From: an uncultured SAR86 cluster bacterium | Lineage (GTDB): Bacteria; Pseudomonadota; Gammaproteobacteria; Magnimaribacterales; D2472 | Assembly: GCA_902613705.1 (NCBI GenBank) | Contig: CACMIG010000002.1 | Span: forward strand, 47,207-111,206 | Direction: 5' to 3' | DNA length: 64,000 nucleotides | In this document: piece after piece, positions 9,525 through 19,875 of the stretch | Numbering within the stretch: the first letter of the stretch is position 1 | Layout of the letters: each line of letters begins with the position of its first letter | Made by a program: the position numbers and the translations under genes | Notes under the pieces: generated by a model | Seen by the model: only the letters and a program-made list of their open reading frames with translations | What the model was told of the DNA's origin: nothing | Database searches by the model: none

Positions 9525-9649
9525 ATGCGATACCTTTTTATTTATATTGAAAAGAAATTCATTAATTAAAAAGCTCTAGACTTGTAAGATGTATATTTAC
9601 GACCATATTTTGAAAGAATTTTAAACTAATTAATAAATTACGCAAATTT

Positions 9650-10246
9650 TTATGGTTGAATATTGTATTTTGTCCATACATTTTCTTCGATCTCATAAAT
9701 ATCTCTCTTATTTATCCTAGATTTGTGACCATGCCAAAATTCAAAGTAATATGGTGTAAATGAAAAACCTCCCCAATATTCTGGACATTTAGTTAAATCA
9801 TCTGATTCTAGTGATTTTTCATAATTTTTAATTACTTCGTCATATGAGTCTATTGGCTCTGATTGTCTTGAAGAAATTGCGAGTGCGTTTTTATCTGAAG
9901 ATCTTTGTTTAAAATAACTATCATTAAATTCAGATGAAGTTTGTTGGATTTTAGCCTTCATTCTTATTTGTGTGTTTATACTATTCCAATAAAATAGTGC
10001 TGTTATTTGAGAATGATTACGAAATTGAATTGATTTTGGAGAATTATAATTACTAAAAAAAATGAATTGGTCTCCTTTGATTAATTTTAAATTAACAAAT
10101 CTTGAGTGGACTTCATCAGTACGTTTGCAAAAAGAAGATATTGATATCGCTTCAATTGTTTGTTGATCAGCCTCGATGGCCTCTGCATATTTCTCCTCAA
10201 ACAACTTGTAAGGTATCTCGTTGCTTATATTTTCAAAAATTATCAT
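9650..10246 (-). CDS. pdxH: Pyridoxine/pyridoxamine 5'-phosphate oxidase family protein
   Basis: SRFVNLK, FFSNYNSPKS, ALFYW, PEYWGGF, FEFWHG...RINKR. Confidence 0.85.
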   Translation of the reverse strand: MIIFENISNEIPYKLFEEKYAEAIEADQQTIEAISISSFCKRTDEVHSRFVNLKLIKGDQFIFFSNYNSPKSIQFRNHSQITALFYWNSINTQIRMKAKIQQTSSEFNDSYFKQRSSDKNALAISSRQSEPIDSYDEVIKNYEKSLESDDLTKCPEYWGGFSFTPYYFEFWHGHKSRINKRDIYEIEENVWTKYNIQP

Positions 10247-10304
10247 ATCGAATTATAGTTAAATATATTTTAAGTAAGGTTTACTAATAAGGTCAAAGTA
10301 GAGT

Positions 10305-11093
10305 TCAGTTTTTAACTCCAAAATAATCAAGCACTGTTTTATTAATATTTGAAACATGAGAATTGGGTTCTGGTCTGTACTTTGAAATTCCATTTGAAAA
10401 ATATGTAAATCCCTTGCTATGGTGTTCACCATTTTTTACTGCTACAAATACGACCTGATCATATAATGGAATCTTAATTCCATCTATGTTTATAGTAGTT
10501 TCCTCAAATACTTCAAACGGGTATGTAAGAACAACAAATATATCCTTACCTCTGTTATCAATTTCTTCAAATAATTTTCTTTCTGAATCTACTAATATCC
10601 TTGAGAGTTTCTCTTTTGCAGCTATTGCCTCATCAGAAGACTCAAAAGAGATTAAAAAGTCTCTTGTCATTCTAGGCGATACTTCTGAATAATGTATGCC
10701 GATAAGGTCTAAAAATGCTTTATGGTCTTTCAATCTATAATAAAATTTTAAGTGTGTATATGGTTTTTGAGAAAGTCCGGTGGCAATTATAATCTCTGTG
10801 TCTTGAACACTGATAAGTTCTCCAATTAACTTGTCATATACGACTAACATCTCGAGCATAGGATCTTCGTTTTTATCAATATACCAAGTCGGATTTTTTA
10901 ATTCTTTTAAATTTACGTACGGAGAATTAAAAAAATAATGATGCTGTATATGCGCACCTGCATTTAAAAAAAGAGTTGAAAAATTTGGTTTCTTCTTTTT
11001 GAATAATGTCTTGTGAATTTCATATAAAAACATATCCAAAAATAATGCTTTTCTCCATGGCTTACCTAAGGCTTGAAATGCATATTTAATCAT
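10305..11093 (-). CDS. C-terminal half of a probable alkaline-phosphatase/phosphodiesterase-superfamily protein
   Basis: AHIQHHYF and NGEHHSKG motifs; separated from the upstream half by a 1-nt shift at a T6 run. Confidence 0.5.
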   Translation of the reverse strand: MIKYAFQALGKPWRKALFLDMFLYEIHKTLFKKKKPNFSTLFLNAGAHIQHHYFFNSPYVNLKELKNPTWYIDKNEDPMLEMLVVYDKLIGELISVQDTEIIIATGLSQKPYTHLKFYYRLKDHKAFLDLIGIHYSEVSPRMTRDFLISFESSDEAIAAKEKLSRILVDSERKLFEEIDNRGKDIFVVLTYPFEVFEETTINIDGIKIPLYDQVVFVAVKNGEHHSKGFTYFSNGISKYRPEPNSHVSNINKTVLDYFGVKN

Positions 11094-11602
11094 AAAAAAT
11101 ATTTTCTTGGATCAACCATTATAAAAAAAGCAAAAATCAAGCTCAAAATAGTTTTGAAAGTTAATCTAGATTGAGAGTTATCATTTACAGACTGAGCAAT
11201 AGCTTCAGAAATGATTTTGCTCAAAAAAGATTTATCCGATTTAGTTTGTGTCCAAGGGTCAGGAATAAAATATGAAGGGTTTTTTAGTCTATTTGCTGCA
11301 TTCATTGGACTTATTGCTCCAACATTAAAACCGGCTTTTTCAACTTTTTCAAAAAACTGTTCTTCTTTTGAATTAACAAAATCTCCAAGCCTAAATACAT
11401 TATGTTCTTCATATTCTTTTCCAGTATGAACAGACACCCATTGGATCCATGGCTCTAAATTATCATACTCAGATTCTGCCTTTGTAGTAATCAGTCCAGA
11501 TTTTAATACATGATTCATTGCTGGTAAGGAAATACCACGATCGATGTAGTATTTTACTACATCAAAATTTATTTCATTGAGCTCTAAAAGTATTAACTTC
11601 AT
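11090..11602 (-). CDS. N-terminal half of a probable alkaline-phosphatase/phosphodiesterase-superfamily protein (possible frameshift)
   Basis: LILLELNEIN first strand and EPWIQWVSVHTG, resembling the P-x-W-x-S-x-x-TG core of the NPP/AlkP fold. Confidence 0.5.
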   Translation of the reverse strand: MKLILLELNEINFDVVKYYIDRGISLPAMNHVLKSGLITTKAESEYDNLEPWIQWVSVHTGKEYEEHNVFRLGDFVNSKEEQFFEKVEKAGFNVGAISPMNAANRLKNPSYFIPDPWTQTKSDKSFLSKIISEAIAQSVNDNSQSRLTFKTILSLIFAFFIMVDPRKYFL

Positions 11603-11651
11603 TTAAGTGATTCCAAAGTTTAGTTATTATACATTTAAATTTTTTAAAGAT

Positions 11652-12767
11652 TTAAGTATCTTTATTGACTTCATATGTATATAAATCTAAAACAATATTT
11701 TCATCATACTCGTTTTCAACTTTAAGTCGGCTATTCATGCCCATAGTTAACCTTGATTCATGGGGTAGCATAATCATTTTTTCAATTTTATCAGCAAGAT
11801 CTAAATGATCTTTGACCTTACACAAGTAACCGGATTTTGAATCATCTATTATTTCCCTACAGCCTGGAACATCTGAAGCTATTAATGGTCTACCCACAGC
11901 AGCTGCTTCCAATAGAGCTCTTGAAGTACCTTCTCTATATGATGGCAATACTATACAAGTTGCTTTATTTAAAAAAAATAAAGTATCGTTTGTTTCACCA
12001 AGATATTTTATTACTTTTTCTTTTTTCCATCCCTCAAGCTCATTTTGCTTTATTGCAGATCTATTTTCTGAGCCCATAGGTCCTAATACCTGAAAATCAA
12101 CATCTGGGAATTTTCTTTTGATAATTCTTGCAGCATCAACAAATTCTCTTATGCCTTTATCTTTAATTAATCTTCCTACGAATAAAAATTTAAGGTTCTT
12201 TTCATTCGGAAAATCACTTTGTTTGAACTTTTCTAAATCTATTCCTGATCCAGGAGTTATAGCGCATGATGAAGGCTCCACTATTTTATTATCTATAAAA
12301 ATCTTCAAATCATCCTTATTTTGGAAAAAATTTATTTGAGATGATTTAAGCGCAATTTTATATAGTCTTTTAACGATTTTTGTAAGCCAAGTGTTTGTTA
12401 TAAATGATGTCCCTAGACCAGTTATCATCGATATTGAATTTACATTAGTTAATCTAGCTGCAATTGATCCATAAATTACTGGTTTAATCGTAAATAGAAG
12501 AATATTGCTAGGTTTAAAAATGAGAAAAGTTTTTATGTAATGAAATAAGGTAATTAAATCAATTAATGGATTTATGCCTTTTCTCGATATAAATAAATTT
12601 TTAATGACGTCTACTTCTTTTTTTATTTCAAGTTCATAACCATCAAATTGAGTAAAAACAATTATCTTAAAGCCTTCTTTTTTGAGTCTTTTAATTAGAT
12701 TCATTCTAAAATTAAAGATTGTCCAAGCATAATTGGAAGAAATTAATATAACTTTATCTTTATTCAT
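11652..12767 (-). CDS. Glycosyltransferase family 4 (CapM/PglA-like)
   Basis: FTIKPVIYG, ITGLG, PGSGID, VGRLIKDKG, LPSYREG...LLEAAAVGRP, DVPGCRE. Confidence 0.92.
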   Translation of the reverse strand: MNKDKVILISSNYAWTIFNFRMNLIKRLKKEGFKIIVFTQFDGYELEIKKEVDVIKNLFISRKGINPLIDLITLFHYIKTFLIFKPSNILLFTIKPVIYGSIAARLTNVNSISMITGLGTSFITNTWLTKIVKRLYKIALKSSQINFFQNKDDLKIFIDNKIVEPSSCAITPGSGIDLEKFKQSDFPNEKNLKFLFVGRLIKDKGIREFVDAARIIKRKFPDVDFQVLGPMGSENRSAIKQNELEGWKKEKVIKYLGETNDTLFFLNKATCIVLPSYREGTSRALLEAAAVGRPLIASDVPGCREIIDDSKSGYLCKVKDHLDLADKIEKMIMLPHESRLTMGMNSRLKVENEYDENIVLDLYTYEVNKDT

Positions 12768-12819
12768 ATAAGTAACATTTAGTTATATTCATTTTAAAAT
12801 TGAAGTTATAAGCTATATC

Positions 12820-13857
12820 CTAAGTTTTTAAATTTTGAATGTACCAACCTATTGCATCATTAATACCTTTTTCTATATCGTGCGTAGGTGAATAATTTAG
12901 TTTATTAACACTTTTTGATATATTGGCCTTAGAATGCCTAATATCACCTGCTCTAAAATCTTTATAAGAGGGCTCTCCGGATATATTTATATTATTTTTA
13001 ATCAATGCTTTCTTAAGAAGAAAAAATAATTCTGTAAGAGATGTTTGATTGCCGCAAGCAACATTGTAAACATCATCTTTTGCATTACTATCAGCAATAG
13101 CAGAAAGTATGTTCATTTGAACAACATTTTCTACAAAACAGAAATCTCGACTGGTTTCACCATCACCATAAATTTCGACTTCTTCATTTTTAATAAGAAG
13201 TTTTATCCATTTTGGAATTACTGCTGCATAAGGCCCTTTAGGGTCTTGACGTGGTCCAAATACATTGAAGTATCTTAAACCAATAGACTTAAAGTCATAT
13301 GTTCTTGAAAAAACTCTAGCATATATTTCATTTACATATTTCGTAGCCGCATACGGTGAGAGAGGCTCACCTATATTCTCCTCTGTTTTAGGCAAATCAG
13401 GATGATTGCCATATACAGAACTGCTGGAGGCATAAGTAAAACTTTTGACATTAGCTAATCTTGAAGCTTCTAAAATATTTAGAAAACCAGTTATATTTGA
13501 GGAATTCGTATCTAGGGGTTGTTTAATGGAACGGGGAACAGATCCCAAGGCGGCCTGATGTGATACAAAATCAATATCCTTTACAACGTTTAGGCAATCA
13601 TCATAGTTACAAATGTCGCCATTATAAAAATTAAAATTATTCCATTCTTTTGAGGAAACATTTTTTTGGACTTCCTTTAGGTTGCGATCATGTCCAGTAG
13701 AAAAATTATCTATTCCAACAACTTGTTGATTTAATTTAAGAAGATTTTCTAAAATATTTGATCCTATAAAACCGGCTACTCCTGTTATTAACCATTTTTT
13801 TGAGTTATTTTTTAAAGATTCTTGAAGATCTTTATAGCTTGATAAAGATTTATTCAC
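12820..13857 (-). CDS. UDP-GlcNAc(A) 4-epimerase (WbpP/TviC-like)
   Basis: [46 protein letters not shown]. Confidence 0.92.
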   Translation of the reverse strand: MNKSLSSYKDLQESLKNNSKKWLITGVAGFIGSNILENLLKLNQQVVGIDNFSTGHDRNLKEVQKNVSSKEWNNFNFYNGDICNYDDCLNVVKDIDFVSHQAALGSVPRSIKQPLDTNSSNITGFLNILEASRLANVKSFTYASSSSVYGNHPDLPKTEENIGEPLSPYAATKYVNEIYARVFSRTYDFKSIGLRYFNVFGPRQDPKGPYAAVIPKWIKLLIKNEEVEIYGDGETSRDFCFVENVVQMNILSAIADSNAKDDVYNVACGNQTSLTELFFLLKKALIKNNINISGEPSYKDFRAGDIRHSKANISKSVNKLNYSPTHDIEKGINDAIGWYIQNLKT

Positions 13858-15131
13858 AGCCTAATCACCGAATCATTCCTATCGAGCACATATTTTAAAT
13901 CATAAATAATATTGTTATTCTTTAAGAATTTACTAATTCCATCAAAACCTAGTTCTTTAAAAGAATTATGTCCAACAGCTATAATTGCTGCATCATAGTG
14001 ATTTTCGTGAGGCTTATCAATAAGCTTTAAATTATAAATTTTAGCTGCATCATTCTGATTTACTAATGGATCAAAAACATCAACGTCTATCGATTGACTA
14101 TTAAGCTCATTATAGATATCTATAATTTTGGTATTTCTTATATCAGGACAGTTTTCTTTAAAAGTAAATCCAAGAATTAAAACTTTTGCTTTTTTTATAT
14201 CAATGTTGCGATTGTTTAAATTCTTAATTAAGTTTTTAGCAACATAAATACTCATATTGTCATTAATTTTTCTTCCAGAAAGAATCATTTCAGGCGTATA
14301 TCCTTTTGCTTGTGCTTGATGGGTCAAATAATAAGGGTCAACGCCAATACAATGACCGCCAACTAACCCAGGACGAAATGAGAGAAAATTCCATTTTGAA
14401 CCTGCTGCTTGTAATACTTCCTCAGTATCTATATCTAATGTATTAAAAATCATTGCAAGTTCATTAATTAGAGCAATGTTGACATCTCTTTGAGTATTTT
14501 CTATGACCTTTGCTGCTTCCGCAACAGCTATTGATGTTGCTCTAAATGTACCTGCATCAATAATTGATTTATACAAATTGTCAATAAAAACAGAGATTTC
14601 TTCTGTTGATCCAGAGGTAACTTTAACAATATCTTTCAGCCGATGTTCTTTATCTCCTGGATTAATTCTTTCAGGGCTGTATCCAACATAAAAATCCTTG
14701 TTAAAAATAAGATTGGATCTCTTTTCTAGAATTGGAACACATATCTCTTCGGTAGCTCCAGGGTAAACAGTAGATTCATAGATGACTATGTCATTCTTAG
14801 ATAAAACTGATCCTACTGTGTTGCTTGCTTCGGTAAGCGGAGATAAATCAGGGGTTTTATCAGTATTAATTGGGGTAGGAACCGTAACAATAAAACAATT
14901 ACATTCAGACAAAATATTAATATCACATGTTAAATCTAAATGTTTTGCTTGCTCTAATTCACTTTTATTTAATTCTAAAGTTGAATCATTATGATCTTTT
15001 AATTCTTCAATACGATCTAAGTTAGTATCAAATCCAACTACATGATATTTTTTAGAAAATTCAACAGCTAAAGGCAGGCCAACATATCCGAGACCTATGA
15101 CAGCAATTTTTATTTTATTAAGATCATTCAC
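13854..15131 (-). CDS. UDP-HexNAc 6-dehydrogenase (WbpO/TviB/CapL-like)
   Basis: [55 protein letters not shown]. Confidence 0.93.
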   Translation of the reverse strand: MNDLNKIKIAVIGLGYVGLPLAVEFSKKYHVVGFDTNLDRIEELKDHNDSTLELNKSELEQAKHLDLTCDINILSECNCFIVTVPTPINTDKTPDLSPLTEASNTVGSVLSKNDIVIYESTVYPGATEEICVPILEKRSNLIFNKDFYVGYSPERINPGDKEHRLKDIVKVTSGSTEEISVFIDNLYKSIIDAGTFRATSIAVAEAAKVIENTQRDVNIALINELAMIFNTLDIDTEEVLQAAGSKWNFLSFRPGLVGGHCIGVDPYYLTHQAQAKGYTPEMILSGRKINDNMSIYVAKNLIKNLNNRNIDIKKAKVLILGFTFKENCPDIRNTKIIDIYNELNSQSIDVDVFDPLVNQNDAAKIYNLKLIDKPHENHYDAAIIAVGHNSFKELGFDGISKFLKNNNIIYDLKYVLDRNDSVIRL

Positions 15132-15145
15132 TATCTAGTGTTCCC

Positions 15146-15628
15146 CTAACCTATTAATAGATCTATTTTGTTTTTACCAATATACCTTATTCTTCCAGCT
15201 TTGCTTTTTAAGTAGTTTATAACTTCTAAATAAAAAAGGGTTTCACCATTTTCAGTATTATATGAAAGATCATCAATAACTATTAGTAATCCATCTAAAC
15301 TATTAAGAAAATTGTCAAATATCTTTATCTTTGCAGTAGCTTTAGGAACCAATATTAAGCGATGAGGACTAAAAAATCCAACATGCCTAATCAAATAGAA
15401 GTAGGTAAAAATCCACAATGACCAGTGGCGTGCGCTCAAGAAAAAAACTTCAGAATTACCTCTTTTCATTCTGTTTTCCACACTAATTATCATACTCTTA
15501 AAAGATGGGATAAAGGATACTCTCCATGCTTCAGAAAAAAATCTTAATGAGTAACTTTTATTTGATTTTAAAGTTGGCCATGTATTGCAAAGAGTATTAT
15601 CGATATCAAAGATATAAGTTTTAATCAT
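15146..15628 (-). CDS. Small HAD-superfamily phosphatase
   Basis: FDIDNT motif I, FLSAR motif II, IDD motif IV; start moved to the ATG at 15628. Confidence 0.7.
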   Translation of the reverse strand: MIKTYIFDIDNTLCNTWPTLKSNKSYSLRFFSEAWRVSFIPSFKSMIISVENRMKRGNSEVFFLSARHWSLWIFTYFYLIRHVGFFSPHRLILVPKATAKIKIFDNFLNSLDGLLIVIDDLSYNTENGETLFYLEVINYLKSKAGRIRYIGKNKIDLLIG

Positions 15629-15632
15629 TAAA

Positions 15633-18017
15633 TTATAAGATTTCCTCCAAAGCCGAAACAAATATTTTCATCATATTTTCGTCACCAAGTGTTACTCTAA
15701 GGTAACCCTCTAAGTTTTCTACCTCGTTTCGGTTTCTGATAAAAATATTTTTACTTTTTAAGCTCTCCTCAACAAAATTAGGATTATTAACTTTAAAAAG
15801 AACATAATTGCCTTTACCAGCAAGGTATTCAATATTTTGATTATCAAAAAAATTAGTAACAACCTTTCTTCCCCTAGTAATAGACTCTACAAAATCATAC
15901 ATATATTTTGGATTTTTTATTGCCAAGGTACCTGCGATTTGGGCAAAAACGTCCACCTCCTTATTGTCTTTCGACAATGCAATTTTATTTGCTAATTCCT
16001 CATTAGAAATGCAGTATCCTAAGCGAACTCCAGCAAGACCAAATGCTTTAGAAAAAGTCCTCAAAATTATTACATTTGATGGAATATTTTTTACAGAAAG
16101 TGAATTCTCTCCAAATTCTACATAAGCCTCATCTATTACAAAACATGTTGTTGGAAAAGTTTCAGCTAAATTAAATAAAGTATCTCTTGAATATTCAACA
16201 CCAGTTGGATTATTTGGGTTAGTAAAAAATACAAGTTTATGCTTATCTTGTTTTAAAAAATTGGTGAAGTGTTCTATGTCTATTTCAAATGGATAAGTTA
16301 ATTTATAAGGCTTTACATCCGCAGTATATCTTGAGGCAATTGCTTTATAGTTCCCATAAGTTGGTTCAATTGTTACAACTGAATCTGTATCTTCAAGAAA
16401 TAATCTACAAATTGTTGCAATACCAGCATCAGAACCATTAAAAATAGTTAAACATTTTGGCTTGATATCCAACCATTCACCAATTGCTGATTTAAGTTTA
16501 GAGACTTGGAGATCTGGATATATGTTTAATGGTATCTCTGATAACTCTTTGAGAGCTTCTTCTTTTAATTTTGATGGAAAATCATTTGTAGATTCATTCC
16601 AATCAAGCTTTAAAACATTTGGTTCATTTTGTTTTGATTGAGATTCTGAGATTTCTAAGTAAGGCTTATATCCATCATAAGTTTTTCGAGGTAGAGGAAC
16701 TTCATTTACACTCAATATCACTGGTTTTTTACCATTCTCTAGTAATATAAAATCCTTATCTGAACAATAAAAGTTTACGTCATTAAATCTTTTGTTTAAA
16801 AGTTTTGAAAATTCATCTGCATTAAAAGATTTTTTAGATAAATATCTTATTTCTATTGAGTCTGTCCCAATAAAATGAATAATTTGATATTCGCTAATTA
16901 ATTTATCTTTATCAAGCTGTAAAATAAGCATATTTAAATCAGGATGAGTAATAACACGACCTGAAGGAAGTTCAATTTTCTCATTTATCCTACCTAGAAT
17001 ATCTGTAACTACCGTAGTATGTTTTCCACATTTGCATCTTGATTGAGGATCGCTAAGTTTTATTAAATCACCCATTTGATAATTTACAATAGGCATATAA
17101 GGGCTTTCAAAAACAGTTAAAATAGCAGAGTTATCACTTTTTGATTTCAAATCACAAGACCTCATGTTTACATGCATTACGCCATATGGACACTCTGATG
17201 CCATATGACACTCGGCAGAACCATAGACCATTGCTACAGGTGCACCAAAGACTTTTTCTAGTTTCTTTCGTTGATTAAAACTTATGCCCTCTGCATTAGG
17301 ATGAACTAATTTTGTTTTCCAATTAAGAGTAACATTTCTTTTATCAACGTAATCCGCAATCCTGAGCAATGCCGATGAAAAACCATGCAAGTATTTTGGT
17401 TTAATTAGTTCGTAAGTCCTTAAAAAATCTTCATAATGTTCGTCAGTTATCATATCTGATGCAACAAATTTACAGGTACCGGTTATTTTAGATAAACAAA
17501 AATCAAAGAAACGACTTACAAAGGAGAATTTATTTTTTCTGGCTCCGCCAACATAGATATTTTTATCAAAACGATTAATTTTGAATTGATTTAAAAATAA
17601 GTAAAAAGATATTTGACTATTTAAAAAAGACTTCGGAGACCTAATAATTTTTAATGAAACACCGGATGATCCAGAAGTATTAGATGATTTCCTCCAAATA
17701 CCCCTTTTAGTACTCCATGAATTTATATTTCTGTAAAATTTTTTTGTTATTGGATCTTCGATATTTTGTTTGCCATTATTATCAATAAGGCTTATTTTAG
17801 AAAATTCTGGATAGCTCAAAGCCTTATTAAAAATTTCATCACGTAAAATATCTTGAACTTTTTTTTGTTCTTCTAAATTATTTTCAATATTTATTCCAGT
17901 TATTTTTTCATCCTTCAAACAGGAATTAAATGTCCTACCAACAACTAAAAGAAAATAAAGGTTATATAACTGTGCCAAACTGAAAAACGGGATTAAATTT
18001 GAATTATTTATTTTCAT
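15633..18017 (-). CDS. Fusion of a CapK/PaaK-like adenylate-forming ligase and a HisC/CobD-like PLP enzyme
   Basis: N-half: TSGSSG, YGSAE, MPIVNYQMGD, ILGR. C-half: LDWNES, NPNNPTG, DEAYVEF, RTFSKAFGLAGVRLGY. Confidence 0.88.
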   Translation of the reverse strand: MKINNSNLIPFFSLAQLYNLYFLLVVGRTFNSCLKDEKITGINIENNLEEQKKVQDILRDEIFNKALSYPEFSKISLIDNNGKQNIEDPITKKFYRNINSWSTKRGIWRKSSNTSGSSGVSLKIIRSPKSFLNSQISFYLFLNQFKINRFDKNIYVGGARKNKFSFVSRFFDFCLSKITGTCKFVASDMITDEHYEDFLRTYELIKPKYLHGFSSALLRIADYVDKRNVTLNWKTKLVHPNAEGISFNQRKKLEKVFGAPVAMVYGSAECHMASECPYGVMHVNMRSCDLKSKSDNSAILTVFESPYMPIVNYQMGDLIKLSDPQSRCKCGKHTTVVTDILGRINEKIELPSGRVITHPDLNMLILQLDKDKLISEYQIIHFIGTDSIEIRYLSKKSFNADEFSKLLNKRFNDVNFYCSDKDFILLENGKKPVILSVNEVPLPRKTYDGYKPYLEISESQSKQNEPNVLKLDWNESTNDFPSKLKEEALKELSEIPLNIYPDLQVSKLKSAIGEWLDIKPKCLTIFNGSDAGIATICRLFLEDTDSVVTIEPTYGNYKAIASRYTADVKPYKLTYPFEIDIEHFTNFLKQDKHKLVFFTNPNNPTGVEYSRDTLFNLAETFPTTCFVIDEAYVEFGENSLSVKNIPSNVIILRTFSKAFGLAGVRLGYCISNEELANKIALSKDNKEVDVFAQIAGTLAIKNPKYMYDFVESITRGRKVVTNFFDNQNIEYLAGKGNYVLFKVNNPNFVEESLKSKNIFIRNRNEVENLEGYLRVTLGDENMMKIFVSALEEIL

Positions 18018-18113
18018 ACAAAAAATATTTTATATGGCATCGATAAAAAACAATGAATATGTTCATAAATTCCAAAATTAAGTTATAACCAAGATTAATA
18101 TTAGCTAGAATTA

Positions 18114-18935
18114 TCATGAATTTCGACCAAAAACCTTATATTTTAAAATACGTAAATAGTGTATAAATTGTAAAATCAAGTATTTATTGATAGTAATTTT
18201 ATTTTCAAGCAATAATGCGCTATATAGATTAAATCCCTTTAAATACTGTTTCAAGCCATCAATTTTTGAAATAGATGATTCATGCATTCTGTAAGAAACA
18301 AGGTTTTGATTAATTTTTGTAAACTTTTTTTCTTTCAAAGAGAGATCAATCCAAAGAAACCAATCTTCAATTGCATGGAATGTTTTGTCAGTTCTAAATT
18401 GAATATCTTTAGAGTTTTTTACAACACATGATGATAAAACTATTGGATTTATTGCAAGAGTTGCAAAAGAACTTCCAAAAAAAGTTTTAAGTATTCTATA
18501 AAAAATTGATATTCTCATTATTCCATATTTATTATTCATGGAATCAATATATTCCGCGTCACAATGAAGTAAATCTAATTCAGTATTTTTTAAATAGTCG
18601 GTCTGAATTTTTAGCTTATTCTCATTCCATATATCATCTGCGTCGAGAAATGCTATGTAATCTCCTCTAGCTTGATCAATACCAACATTCCTTGGATATG
18701 CTGGTCCACCTGAGCTATTTTTTAGGGCAATATATTTTATTCGTTTATCTTTAATGACAAAATCTTTTATTATTTTAGGAGTGCTGTCTGTCGATCCGTC
18801 ATCAATTAAAATAAGCTCCCAATTTGAGTAAGACTGAGATATAACACTCTTTATGGTTTCCTCAAGATAATCTTGCCCATTGTAAACAGGAATAATTACA
18901 CTTATAAATGGAGTTTCGCTCAAATTAACCATCAA
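18114..18935 (-). CDS. Glycosyltransferase family 2
   Basis: SVIIPVYN, IDDGSTD, RNVGI, FLDADD, EDW. Confidence 0.93.
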   Translation of the reverse strand: MMVNLSETPFISVIIPVYNGQDYLEETIKSVISQSYSNWELILIDDGSTDSTPKIIKDFVIKDKRIKYIALKNSSGGPAYPRNVGIDQARGDYIAFLDADDIWNENKLKIQTDYLKNTELDLLHCDAEYIDSMNNKYGIMRISIFYRILKTFFGSSFATLAINPIVLSSCVVKNSKDIQFRTDKTFHAIEDWFLWIDLSLKEKKFTKINQNLVSYRMHESSISKIDGLKQYLKGFNLYSALLLENKITINKYLILQFIHYLRILKYKVFGRNS

Positions 18936-18941
18936 AACCTA

Positions 18942-19817
18942 TCATTTTAAATTCTTAATGAATTCATTAATATGCTCTTCAATATCAACTTTAGCTGACC
19001 AACCGAGTGCTTTTGTATTTTCTGTAACTAAGTCTGCAGTTTTTCTGTTGCCTCTTCGACTTGGTATTATTTTATGAGAAGATCCAAAGAATTTTACAAC
19101 ATCTAAAATTGAAACTGATTTATCTGAACCAATTCCAAACCCATCACCATGTCCATTTATAGCAACTGCTTCAAGTCCATTAACAATATCAGAGTAATGG
19201 GTAAAGTTTCTTAATTGTGTTCCTGGTTCGACAACCGGCAACTCTCTTACACCCTCTCTGTATAGTCTTTTATATATTCCAATTAATGTAGAATAGATTC
19301 CAGATTCTATCTCGTTGCCGCCATAAGCATTATAAAAATAAACAATTGCATACTCTAGCGAAAACCATTCGGCATAATTAATAAGATGCTCTGTATTCTT
19401 TGATTTTACCCAAGCGTATGGGCTATGAATTTCATCGCCAGAATACTTTGCAAATTTTGTACTTGAACCAGAATATATAAGCTTAGCATTATGTTCTTTT
19501 GCAAAAACAAGAACTTTTGAAAAAGGTAGTAAATTATTTTCAATTACAAGTTCGTAATCATCAAAGCTACTCTCAACTCTAGAATATTCTCCAAGATGAA
19601 ATATAAAATCAGGCGAAAAGTTTTTGATTAGTTTTGAAATGTCCTTGGAAGATCCTTCAATATATTCAACGCCACTTATATGATTTTTTTTGCTGCCCGA
19701 TAAGTAATTATCCAATGAAATAATCTTGTTATTAGAAGAAAGTTTTTCACATAAATGTGACCCTATAAATCCTGCGCCTCCGATTATAATGATATTTTTA
19801 CCTTCAATCGTATTCAT
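18942..19817 (-). CDS. NAD-dependent nucleotide-sugar epimerase/dehydratase (extended SDR)
   Basis: GGAGFIGSHL and the YxxxK motif YAWVK. Confidence 0.85.
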   Translation of the reverse strand: MNTIEGKNIIIIGGAGFIGSHLCEKLSSNNKIISLDNYLSGSKKNHISGVEYIEGSSKDISKLIKNFSPDFIFHLGEYSRVESSFDDYELVIENNLLPFSKVLVFAKEHNAKLIYSGSSTKFAKYSGDEIHSPYAWVKSKNTEHLINYAEWFSLEYAIVYFYNAYGGNEIESGIYSTLIGIYKRLYREGVRELPVVEPGTQLRNFTHYSDIVNGLEAVAINGHGDGFGIGSDKSVSILDVVKFFGSSHKIIPSRRGNRKTADLVTENTKALGWSAKVDIEEHINEFIKNLK

Positions 19818-19875
19818 ATTTATATCAATTAAAATTTAAACTTTATAAATAAACAAAATAGCTTGCATTAATTAT

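Noticed and set aside
15633-16700. Housekeeping hisC of histidine biosynthesis
   Set aside because: It is fused to a CapK-like domain inside a glycan locus, with no other his genes nearby.
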